From contig CAVBUY010000003.1 of NCBI GenBank assembly GCA_963598795.1, positions 31,198-95,197 of the forward strand: a stretch of 64,000 bases of DNA. Direction: 5' to 3'. The position numbers were made by a program, and so were the translations under genes. Source of the DNA: Alistipes shahii. Lineage in GTDB: Bacteria; Bacillota_I; Bacilli_A; RFN20; CAG-826. Position 1 is the stretch's first letter. The number at the start of each line of letters is the position of its first letter. This document shows positions 10,172 through 18,922 of this stretch, one piece after another. The notes beneath the pieces are model-generated. The model did not search any database. It was given only the letters and a program-made list of their open reading frames with translations, and was not told the origin of the DNA.

Positions 10172-12194
10172 GATATTTCAATTTCCGATTGGCTTTCTCA
10201 TATCTTATTTTTTAATGGGCAAAGCCATATCGTCGGCTTTTTCTTCCTTATCTTCCTATCTTTATTGCCTCATATTGCTTCTGACCTTTATCTATTCCTT
10301 TCGGCAAAAGAAGCTTTTGGTCCTCATCGGATTGGGGATGGGGTGTTTGTTTGGCTTATTGCTTTTGATCCGCCTTCCCTTTGCCTCCTATAAAGAGATG
10401 ACGGGTTTGGTTTTGGAAGCCAAAAAGAACTACTTCATCCTTTTATCCAAGGGGAGGAGATATTACGTTTATCTAAAAGAACACGATTTCTATTTTGGGG
10501 ACATAGTGACCTTGCAAGGATATGTCGGGGAGTTATCGATCACGAAGTACGAGGGATATTTCTCTTTTGAGAAGTATCTAAATGACAAAGGGGTTTTCTA
10601 TTCTTTCGAATCCGCGAAAGTGATTAATTCATTCAGTTTGTTGAATATACGAAAGATAGAAAAGGCTTTTTTGAGCAATTTTAACGAGGAGACCGCTTCT
10701 TTGATAGACGCCGTCCTTTTTTCTTTCAAGGATTCGAAAGATGGCACATTGTCTTTGTCTATTTCGCTTGGCATATATTCCCAACTTTCCAACGGAGGGG
10801 TGATTTTATATTCGTATCTGAGAATATTCGACCCCATTTTAAATAGGAAGGTCGATAAAGAGAGGAATAAAAACGTCATTCGTTTGTTTTTGATTCTCCC
10901 GTTTCTGATTTTGGGAATCGGGAAACTTGGGATATGGAAGATCTTTTTGGTAAATCTCAGTTATATATTTCTTAACAAAGAAAAATTAAGCTACGGCCAT
11001 AGATTGGTTTCGATTGCCTTTCTAATGGTCATTTTCGATAGGTGGTCCATCCTTTCTTCCGCCTTCTTTTATTCTTTTGGCCTTTCGTTCTTGTTCTTGC
11101 TTTGCGGAAGAATGTTAAACAAAGGAAGGAACGATAAGATAAAAAAACTCAAACGAAAGGCTTTATTGGAGGCCTTTTTGCTGCCGAGTTCCATCGAAAA
11201 TGGCAAAATCGCTTTCTTCTCCCCTTTATATAGAATTATTGGTCTTCCATTTGTTTTGCCATTTATCCTCCTTTCGTTAATAAGTTTCGTTACCTTTCCA
11301 TTTACTAATCTCCTTACCTTTTATAGCCAAGCGATAAGAAAGGCTTTGATATGGTTTTCTTACGCTGAATTGTCCGTTCCATTTTTGGGAAATAATTCCG
11401 AAACGGTGATTATCCTTTTGTATTTAGTGCTGCTATCTTGCCTTTTCTTTTATGATGCGGGATTGCATTTATTCGCCAATAAAACATTAAAGATAACGGC
11501 GTTATGCTTAATTTTGAACGTTTTGCCAATAAGTAATCTCTTGACTAAGGAAGTTACCTTTATAAACGTTGGGCAAGGGGACGCCTTGCTTATAAGAGAT
11601 GGGCTAAAAACCGTGATGATAGATACCGGTGGGGTAAAAAACTTGGATATCGGTAACGAGATCGATATCCCTTATTTATATAAGAGAAGGATTTATCATC
11701 TTGATTATCTGATAACCACCCACGATGATTTCGATCATTCAGGAGGGGCTTCTTCCTTACTTAAAAACTTCGATGTTAGACATTATATAAATAGCAAGGA
11801 CTCCTTTCCTTTAGATATAGGGGACATCCATTTGGAGAACTTGAACATATATGACGGGGAAGGCAACGAATCTTCTTTGGTCTTATATATGGATTTTATC
11901 GGGAAAAAGTTCCTTTTTATGGGTGATGCGGGCATAAGCGTGGAAAAGAAAATAATAAAAGACCGCCCTGATCTAAAAGCAGACATTCTCAAAGTCGGGC
12001 ATCATGGATCAAACACTTCGACATCCGAGGCTTTCATAAGAACCATAAGACCCAAGGAAGCCATCATATCGGTGGGGGAAAACAATATGTATGGTCATCC
12101 ATCCAATGATGTTTTGGAAACTCTTTCCCTATATGACATAAAAATAAGGAGAACGGACGAAGAAGGCTCCATAACTTATTGGGGGACAATATGA
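10125..12194 (+). CDS. comEC: ComEC/Rec2 DNA internalisation channel with C-terminal metallo-beta-lactamase domain (start uncertain: 10125 or 10215)
   Basis: Polytopic membrane N-terminal two-thirds. MBL motifs HDDFDHSGG and VGHHGSNTS. Confidence 0.85.
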   Translation: MRHSRRSRISFRFSNKIFQFPIGFLISYFLMGKAISSAFSSLSSYLYCLILLLTFIYSFRQKKLLVLIGLGMGCLFGLLLLIRLPFASYKEMTGLVLEAKKNYFILLSKGRRYYVYLKEHDFYFGDIVTLQGYVGELSITKYEGYFSFEKYLNDKGVFYSFESAKVINSFSLLNIRKIEKAFLSNFNEETASLIDAVLFSFKDSKDGTLSLSISLGIYSQLSNGGVILYSYLRIFDPILNRKVDKERNKNVIRLFLILPFLILGIGKLGIWKIFLVNLSYIFLNKEKLSYGHRLVSIAFLMVIFDRWSILSSAFFYSFGLSFLFLLCGRMLNKGRNDKIKKLKRKALLEAFLLPSSIENGKIAFFSPLYRIIGLPFVLPFILLSLISFVTFPFTNLLTFYSQAIRKALIWFSYAELSVPFLGNNSETVIILLYLVLLSCLFFYDAGLHLFANKTLKITALCLILNVLPISNLLTKEVTFINVGQGDALLIRDGLKTVMIDTGGVKNLDIGNEIDIPYLYKRRIYHLDYLITTHDDFDHSGGASSLLKNFDVRHYINSKDSFPLDIGDIHLENLNIYDGEGNESSLVLYMDFIGKKFLFMGDAGISVEKKIIKDRPDLKADILKVGHHGSNTSTSEAFIRTIRPKEAIISVGENNMYGHPSNDVLETLSLYDIKIRRTDEEGSITYWGTI

Positions 12195-12216
12195 TTTAAG
12201 GTATAATCTCATTGTT

Positions 12217-13203
12217 ATGATTTCTATTTTCTATTCATCCCAAAGAGCCATGGCCCAAGCCGCTTTGAAAAAGAAAATCAAAGAGGTTTTGCCAGAAAAA
12301 GACGAGATGAATTACGCTGAAGTGGACCTGACTTTTTCGACGACTGACGAGATAGTTTATGAATGCGAAAACCTCTCATTTTGCTACGATAAGAAGACGG
12401 TGGTCGCCTATAACGCATCTTTTTTGGAAAAAGGAAAGGCTAAAGGAAGCAAAACATCAGACAATCAAAATCTCATAGATTACCTTTCCAACCCCAATCC
12501 CAGCGTGGATTTGTATTTCGTCGTCTATGCGGATGAAATCGACACCAAATCCGAATATTACAAATTGATAGAAAAGACCTCCCCAAGCATAGTCGGGGTG
12601 ACTAAATTAAACGATCAGGAATGGATCAAATACATAACCAACTATTTCAAAAAGAAAAACATCAAGATGGATTTGGATGCCGCTTATGAATTCTTAGCCC
12701 GTTTCGGCGGGGATTATTCCGCCTTTATGAGCTATGCCGACAAGTTAGAGAATTATGCCTCGGATTCTCTTCATATTTCCAAGGCTGAGATAGAAGAATT
12801 AGTGGCCGCCCCATTGGAAGAAAACGCCTTTTTATTAAGTAACTCCCTATGTAAAGGAAATAAAAAAGAGGCCTTGAAGATATATAAAGACCTTTTGGTT
12901 ACCTCTGGCAAAGACATAGAAATCAGCCTATTGTCCTTGCTTTCCAACCAATTCAGGATATTGAACCAAGTTCGTTATTTGGATCAAGAAGAAGGATGCA
13001 AAGTCGATCAAATCGCCTCGATTTTGAAAATTTCGCCCGGAAGGGTCAAGGCTTCTTTAATGAATCTTAGAAACATGAACGACAGGACTTCCATATTTGC
13101 TTTGGAAAATATCTATGAGACGGAAAAGAACATCTTCTCTGGGAAAATCCAGGCTGATGTGGCTTTCCCGTTATTCATCGTCAATTTCAAATTAAGGCCA
13201 TAA
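12217..13203 (+). CDS. holA: DNA polymerase III delta subunit
   Basis: 328 aa, positioned after comEC as in Bacilli, with delta-like helical C-terminal domain patterns. Confidence 0.75.
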   Translation: MISIFYSSQRAMAQAALKKKIKEVLPEKDEMNYAEVDLTFSTTDEIVYECENLSFCYDKKTVVAYNASFLEKGKAKGSKTSDNQNLIDYLSNPNPSVDLYFVVYADEIDTKSEYYKLIEKTSPSIVGVTKLNDQEWIKYITNYFKKKNIKMDLDAAYEFLARFGGDYSAFMSYADKLENYASDSLHISKAEIEELVAAPLEENAFLLSNSLCKGNKKEALKIYKDLLVTSGKDIEISLLSLLSNQFRILNQVRYLDQEEGCKVDQIASILKISPGRVKASLMNLRNMNDRTSIFALENIYETEKNIFSGKIQADVAFPLFIVNFKLRP

Positions 13204-13382
13204 TCAACACTTCTATCGGGGATTAAACAAACAATCGAAGACACAAACAAAGAAAAGAAACAAATCACCTTCGTTACAATTTGGAAGCCAGACTGCAATA
13301 CTGCTTTCAGATTAAAGTCAGGTATTTGAGATAATTCGGAATTTAGTTTAAGAATTCACATTGTAATTTTGATTATAAAATT

Positions 13383-13850
13383 AAACTCTCTAGTGCACGT
13401 GAGGGATAGAAAAGTCATTATTTATCGCTATTTTCCAAGTTTTTCCAGTCACGATAGCGCAATTTTTTGCGCATTTTCACCGCAATTTCTATGAATGCCT
13501 GAGCCTTCTCAAACGCGTTTCCGCTGGTGTTCCAGTAGAAGCAGAAAAGATTGAGCCATCCCTGAAGTTCCTCTCTTGAGAAGCCGCTGTGAGCCCCGAC
13601 AAATCCGGCAAGGTATCGGTGGACCTTGTTGATTGGCTCCATCGGATTCTCGTCATCTGGCATTCCTTTTGTTTCTTGTTCATGTTTGGCGGTTCCGCCC
13701 ATTGGCGAGCGTTTCCCGAAACCGCCAAGTCTCAAGAAGGATAACGCTTACCAAACGGCTCTTTCTATAAAATGGTGCCACATCATGCTGTGGCACCAAT
13801 ATTATACCAATTCGGATACGGATTTATCCCTCACGTGCACTAGAGAGTTT
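13383..13850 (-). mobile_element. 468-bp internally deleted IS remnant (MITE-like) bounded by perfect 26-bp terminal inverted repeats
   Basis: aaactctctagtgcacgtgagggata at 13383-13408 is the exact reverse complement of 13825-13850. The interior holds only a transposase C-terminal fragment. Confidence 0.65.
13418..13735 (-). pseudogene. transposase C-terminal fragment (IS1595-like tail)
   Basis: KVHRYLAGFVGAHSGFSREELQGWLNLFCFYWNT resembles the ...YH.VS.KHL..YL.EF.FR.N tail of ISXO2/IS1595-type transposases. No catalytic N-terminal part is present. Confidence 0.45.
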
Positions 13851-14098
13851 TTTGATTTTTACTTTTGGGTTTATCTGGCGTCGTGTAGGCGAAAACATCT
13901 CAAACGATTTTTCTATATATCATCTTTCGTTTTCTTTGGCTTTGTTGTCCATCCAAGTTTCGTTGAGGCAATTTCATCTATTAACTCTTCTTTTTTACAA
14001 TTTAGCCGCCACCATTTGTGTTTTGAGGCAATTTCTAATTTTTAACAGGATTTACAAAAATGTGGGCGAATTGCCACTTTTTTATCATATAGACATAG

Positions 14099-14120
14099 AA
14101 AAAACTCAGGAATTCCTGAG
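14099..14120 (-). terminator. rho-independent terminator of rpsT
   Basis: Perfect hairpin ctcagg-aatt-cctgag, followed on the minus strand by TTTTTT. Confidence 0.7.
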
Positions 14121-14144
14121 TCTTCTATTTAATTGATGCAAATA

Positions 14145-14405
14145 TTAAAGGCTTTCGACCGCTTTGGTCAAATGAGCTTTTTTGCGGTTGGCCGAATTGA
14201 CGGAGATAGTGCCCAATTGGGAATAGCGATCCAAAAGGGAAATAGCGTCTTTGAGCAAAGCAATAGCTTCGTCTTTTTTGTTGGCCTTGACGGCGCTTTC
14301 GACCTTCTTGATGGCGGTCTTTAATTCGCTCTTGCGGGCGACGTTGATATCATTGGCCTTTTCGTTGGTCTTGTTGCGTTTGATTTGAGATTTGATATTT
14401 GCCAT
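14145..14405 (-). CDS. rpsT: 30S ribosomal protein S20
   Basis: MANIKSQIKRNKTNEKA N-terminus, 86 aa, basic. Confidence 0.92.
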   Translation of the reverse strand: MANIKSQIKRNKTNEKANDINVARKSELKTAIKKVESAVKANKKDEAIALLKDAISLLDRYSQLGTISVNSANRKKAHLTKAVESL

Positions 14406-14575
14406 AGTATGAATTCCTGCTTTCTTTCAGCGGGTTGTATTGTAAATTACAAAAGAGAATAAAACAACTATATTTCTTGCTTAGCAAGATGCTTAAGTAT
14501 TATTTTCCTCCAATTTAGGGGCTTTTGACCCTAAATAAGCCTAACCTATGTTATACTAACCCCCGAGGGAAAAAG

Positions 14576-15523
14576 ATGAATTATCTATCGCCTAAAGATG
14601 TAAGGATTTTGTACTTGGGGACGCCTAAGATCGCGGTCGCCCCGCTTTTGAAATTGATCGAATTGGGATATAACGTCGTCGGCGTGGTCACCCAAGAAGA
14701 CAAAGAAGTGGGAAGGAAACGCATATTGACCCCCTCTCCCGTCAAACAGGCGGCTTTAGAACATGATATTCCCGTTTTCCAACCCCATCGCATCCGCTTG
14801 GATTTCGCTTTCGCCAAAGAACTTGACTTGGATGTTATCGTCACCATGGCTTATGGTCAAATTTTGCCAGACGAGCTTTTGGCTTTGCCGAAAAAAGGCT
14901 CTCTCAATCTTCATGGGTCTTTGCTTCCGAAATATAGGGGAGCCGCCCCCATCCAAAGAGCCATAGAAGACGGAGAGAAAGAAACCGGCGTGACCTTAAT
15001 GGAAATGGTCCACGAGATGGATGCTGGAAGGATGTATGCCAAAGAGATAGTCAAGATAAACGACGACGATACCTACACTTCTTTGTGCGACAAATTATCC
15101 AAAGCCGGTGCGGATGTTTTGGAAAAGCATCTTTTGAATTACCTTAACGATAAGATAATTGGCGAGCCGCAAGATACTTCGAAAGTGACTTTCGCCAACA
15201 AGATAAGCGTAGAAGAAGAAAAACTGTCCCTAGATTTAGTTAAACGCGATTTGATGAACAAAATCCGTTCATTGAGCGAAGAGCCGGGCGCTTATCTTTT
15301 AAATGACGGCAAAAAGATGAAAATATTCGCCGTCTCCGACTTCGATGATAAAGAAAATGAGCCGGTTGGCTTATTGTCATTCAAACAAAAGAAGCTTCTT
15401 TTGCAAGCTAAAGGTGGGCACATTGCTCTCCTTTTAGTCCAAATGGAAGGAAAAAAGAAGATGTTTGGTAACGACTTTGCTTCCGGAGCCCATTTGGAAG
15501 AAAAGGAGATCGTCCTTAAGTGA
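14576..15523 (+). CDS. fmt: methionyl-tRNA formyltransferase
   Basis: ILYLGTPKIAV N-terminus, SLNLHGSLLPKYRGAAPIQRAI block. Start moved to the ATG at 14576, which has a GAGGG RBS. Confidence 0.9.
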   Translation: MNYLSPKDVRILYLGTPKIAVAPLLKLIELGYNVVGVVTQEDKEVGRKRILTPSPVKQAALEHDIPVFQPHRIRLDFAFAKELDLDVIVTMAYGQILPDELLALPKKGSLNLHGSLLPKYRGAAPIQRAIEDGEKETGVTLMEMVHEMDAGRMYAKEIVKINDDDTYTSLCDKLSKAGADVLEKHLLNYLNDKIIGEPQDTSKVTFANKISVEEEKLSLDLVKRDLMNKIRSLSEEPGAYLLNDGKKMKIFAVSDFDDKENEPVGLLSFKQKKLLLQAKGGHIALLLVQMEGKKKMFGNDFASGAHLEEKEIVLK

Positions 15524-17862
15524 GCGGGAAAATATACAGAACCGTCTCCGTCCACGAATTGGTGGACTTTCTTTTAAGGAAAGGCGATATCGATACCAGA
15601 GTCTATAATCTGGACACCATGCAAATGGGAAGCAAGATCCATTCTTCCTATCAACATAGCCAAGGAAGGAAATACTTGTCGGAAGTCCCTTTAAAAACAG
15701 TTTTTGTCAGAGATAAGGGAGAAATAACCTTAGAAGGAAGGGCTGATGGGATAATATTAGGCGGCCATCGTCCTATCGTTGACGAAATTAAGTCGACCGT
15801 TAGCCCTTTAAACGAATTCTATGAAGAGCAAAAGGAATGGCATTTGGGGCAAGCTATATGCTACGCCTATATGTATGCCGAATCGACCAAGGAAGAAGAG
15901 ATGGGCGTAAGGCTCACTTATATATCCCAAGAGACGAATGAAAGAATGGTGAAAAGCTTTTCTTACACCTTCGAGGAATTAAAAAATAACGTCACGGATT
16001 TGATAGACCGCTATTTGGATTTTTTGTCTTTGTTGGAAGAAAGAAAAGACAAACGAGACCTTTCCATTTCCGAGCTTAAATTCCCTTATCCGACCTATCG
16101 CAAAGGCCAAAAGGCCATGATGAAAAACGTATATGAGACCATAGAAAACGAAGAGTCTTTATTCATTGAGGCCCCGACTGGCATAGGCAAAACTATATCA
16201 GCCTTATATCCGGCGATAAAATCTCTAAAAAACGGCAAAATCGATAAGATTTTCTATCTGACCGCGAAAACCACGGGAAGGGAATCCGCTTACGACGCTT
16301 TGACGAGGCTATATGAGAATGGATTATACGCCAGAGATTCCGTGTTAAAGGCCAAAGAAAAGGTTTGCCTCAATATAAATAAAGGATGCAATCCCGACGA
16401 ATGTCCTTATGCCAAAGGCTATTACGATAAGATACAAATGGTGAGAAAAATCGCTTTGGAAAGCGATAAGCGTTTTTCGGACGAATATATAAAATCCCTA
16501 TCCGAGCAATATGAGATATGCCCCTTCGAACTATCTTTGGACCTTTCCTTTTATAGCGATGTGATCATCTGCGATTACAATTACCTTTTCGATCCGATAG
16601 TCTATTTGGACAGGTATTTTTCTGATATGCAAGAAGAGAAAAAACATATCGCTTTGATTGACGAATCCCATAACTTAATAGAAAGAGGAAGGTCGATGTA
16701 TTCTTCCTTAATTTCCCTTTCTATGGTGGAAGAAGCTAAATCTTCTTTAAAAAGGCAAAAGGCAAACGGAATAAAAAGGGCGTTGACCAAGTTCATTAAC
16801 TTCTTCTCCGAATACGAGGATATAAGCGAGCCTGTCGTTTTTTCCTTATTTCCAAATGAAATCGGGAAAGCCATCGAATCATTGAAAAGGGCGGAAAAGA
16901 AGGCGGAAGACGAGGATATGTTTTCTGCGACCAAAGCCTATAAGGATCTTTCTAGGGAACTTCATCGCTTAAGCGTTTTGAGCGAGGAATATAGCGAACA
17001 AGCCACAATGTATCTCATCAAAGACAAAGGGGATCTTTCGTTCCGCTTTGATTGCCTCGATCCCAGCGAATATTTATCTTCATCTTTGAATAAGCTCAGA
17101 TCCTCGATATTTTTCTCTGCCACCCTATCTCCGGTGGATTTCTATAAAGAAAGCATTAAAGGGGAAATTGATTCGAAATCCATTCTCCTTAAATCTCCTT
17201 TCGACCCCAAAAACGTGTCTCTCACCATAGTCCCTAATGTTTCGGTCCGCTATAAGGACAGGGAATCTTCTTATCAAACTGTCGCCGATTACCTTAAGAA
17301 ATTCGTTTCCAAGAAAGTCGGCAACTATTTTATTTACTTCCCAAGCTATGAATATCTAAAGAATATAAGCGATCGTTTATCGTTTGAGGGGATGGATGTG
17401 TTAACCCAGGGAAAAGCGATGAAAGACGAAGAAAAGAGAGACTTCCTATCATCTTTTAAGCCCAACCCCGAGAAAACCACCATCGGTCTTTTGGTTTTGG
17501 GAGGGGCATTCTCGGAAGGGGTGGACCTTATGGGCGATAGGCTCTCGGGCGTAGCAATAGTCGGTATAGGGATGCCAAGTGTCGGATTTGAAAGAAATCT
17601 CATAAAAGAATATTTCGAAAGCAAAGACAAACGAGGCTTTTCTTATGCTTATCTCTATCCAGGGATGAATAGGGTTATGCAAGCCTTGGGAAGGCTTATC
17701 CGCTCCGAAGACGACAAAGGGGCCGCTTTATTGATAGACGATAGATATTTGAATAGGGAGTACCGCGAATTGTATTCCAGGCTATATCCCAATTATTCCG
17801 TGGCCTATTCCCTATCCGATTTAGACAAGATCTTGGATGGTTTTTATAAAGGCCATTCCTAA
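15520..17862 (+). CDS. DinG/XPD(Rad3)-family Fe-S DNA helicase with N-terminal RecB/Cas4-like PD-(D/E)XK nuclease domain
   Basis: Nuclease motifs GRADG...VDEIKS...QAICYAY. Walker A EAPTGIGKT, DESHNL box, and four Cys (CLNINKGCNPDECPYAKG...ICPFE) in the Fe-S insert position. GTG start overlaps the fmt stop (GTGA). Confidence 0.8.
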   Translation: MSGKIYRTVSVHELVDFLLRKGDIDTRVYNLDTMQMGSKIHSSYQHSQGRKYLSEVPLKTVFVRDKGEITLEGRADGIILGGHRPIVDEIKSTVSPLNEFYEEQKEWHLGQAICYAYMYAESTKEEEMGVRLTYISQETNERMVKSFSYTFEELKNNVTDLIDRYLDFLSLLEERKDKRDLSISELKFPYPTYRKGQKAMMKNVYETIENEESLFIEAPTGIGKTISALYPAIKSLKNGKIDKIFYLTAKTTGRESAYDALTRLYENGLYARDSVLKAKEKVCLNINKGCNPDECPYAKGYYDKIQMVRKIALESDKRFSDEYIKSLSEQYEICPFELSLDLSFYSDVIICDYNYLFDPIVYLDRYFSDMQEEKKHIALIDESHNLIERGRSMYSSLISLSMVEEAKSSLKRQKANGIKRALTKFINFFSEYEDISEPVVFSLFPNEIGKAIESLKRAEKKAEDEDMFSATKAYKDLSRELHRLSVLSEEYSEQATMYLIKDKGDLSFRFDCLDPSEYLSSSLNKLRSSIFFSATLSPVDFYKESIKGEIDSKSILLKSPFDPKNVSLTIVPNVSVRYKDRESSYQTVADYLKKFVSKKVGNYFIYFPSYEYLKNISDRLSFEGMDVLTQGKAMKDEEKRDFLSSFKPNPEKTTIGLLVLGGAFSEGVDLMGDRLSGVAIVGIGMPSVGFERNLIKEYFESKDKRGFSYAYLYPGMNRVMQALGRLIRSEDDKGAALLIDDRYLNREYRELYSRLYPNYSVAYSLSDLDKILDGFYKGHS

Positions 17863-17965
17863 TAAAATCGATGAAATATGACCTCAACTGAACGTTTTTC
17901 TCCTCTACCAAAAGTGGATATTTGCGATTTTATTGGCTTGCTTTCGGCCAATATGCTTAAATAGC

Positions 17966-17990
17966 CAAAACCCCAAAAGGGGCTTTTGTT
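17966..17990 (+). terminator. probable terminator of the helicase gene
   Basis: caaaacccc-aaaa-ggggcttttg hairpin (one bulge) running into a T-rich tract. Confidence 0.45.
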
Positions 17991-18010
17991 CTAGTTGGTA
18001 GGTACGAATT

Positions 18011-18730
18011 ATGTTTTTAAATCCAGAAATATTCGGAATGGAGCACATCGTCTTCTTGGTCGTGTTCCTTATTGTTGGCATCGCCTCATTGGTCTTGGCG
18101 GGATTGAAATTCAAAACCGAAAAGAGCCAATGGATCTATATGAGGGTCTTGGCGGCTCTGACTATCCTTTTTGATTTACTAACCCGCGTGGGAATGGTAA
18201 TTGATGAAGGCAATTGGATAATCGCGATCCCAAACACCTTCTGCTCCATGACCGGCTTTTTGTTCCCCATCGCCGTTTTGATTGGGAAGAAGGATCTAAA
18301 GGTTTTCCATGGATTGTGGTATCTCGCTTTGGCTGGCGGATTGGGCAGCATCATTTACGCGGACTTCGTGGTGCAGGCAGCAACCATATGGCACCTTAAT
18401 ACCATCAGCTGCTTTCTATATCACGGCATCATGTTCATCCTTACCATCGCGACCGGTATGTTTAAAGTATTTAGGCCAAATTTAAAGAAATGCCATTGGT
18501 TCCCTATAATCACTTGCATATATATCGCGGTGGGAGCCATGGAATTGCATTTCCTTAACTTCGATAACTCCATGTGCCTCGTCACGCCTTTAATTGGCGG
18601 AACCCCGCTTTATTGCTGGTTTATCTTGTTAGTTGGGACGGCACTCGTATATTTGGCTGCTTTCCTATATGAATATGTTCCGAAATGGATTATATTGATT
18701 AAGGAAAAGAGAACGGCGAAAAACGGTTAA
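18011..18730 (+). CDS. polytopic integral membrane protein (about 7 TM), function unknown
   Basis: Hydrophobic segments throughout. No catalytic motif recognised. Confidence 0.6.
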   Translation: MFLNPEIFGMEHIVFLVVFLIVGIASLVLAGLKFKTEKSQWIYMRVLAALTILFDLLTRVGMVIDEGNWIIAIPNTFCSMTGFLFPIAVLIGKKDLKVFHGLWYLALAGGLGSIIYADFVVQAATIWHLNTISCFLYHGIMFILTIATGMFKVFRPNLKKCHWFPIITCIYIAVGAMELHFLNFDNSMCLVTPLIGGTPLYCWFILLVGTALVYLAAFLYEYVPKWIILIKEKRTAKNG

Positions 18731-18790
18731 TAAACCTCCTTTCTCAAGCTTCTACACACCGTTTTTCCAAAAAACCGTTTCTGTTTCTTA

Positions 18791-18836
18791 AAAGGCGACC
18801 GTTCTCGCTTCATCTCGGTCGCCTTTCTTTTTTTTA
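18791..18836 (+). terminator. rho-independent terminator
   Basis: 10-bp stem aaaggcgacc/ggtcgccttt followed by a T-run. Confidence 0.6.
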
Positions 18837-18922
18837 TTCGTTTAAAAGCACTTATATATTTAAAAATATAAAATTTTAAAATATATATAATTTATTGCCT
18901 TTTTTGGCGTATAATATAGGCG

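Noticed and set aside
13626-14136. 139-aa and 94-aa plus-strand ORFs, and a possible HTH-like fragment on the minus strand (…EELIDEIASTKLGW…)
   Set aside because: The region is AT-rich and low-complexity, there are no RBSs, and the ORFs overlap the IS remnant and the rpsT terminator. The HTH resemblance is too short to support a call.
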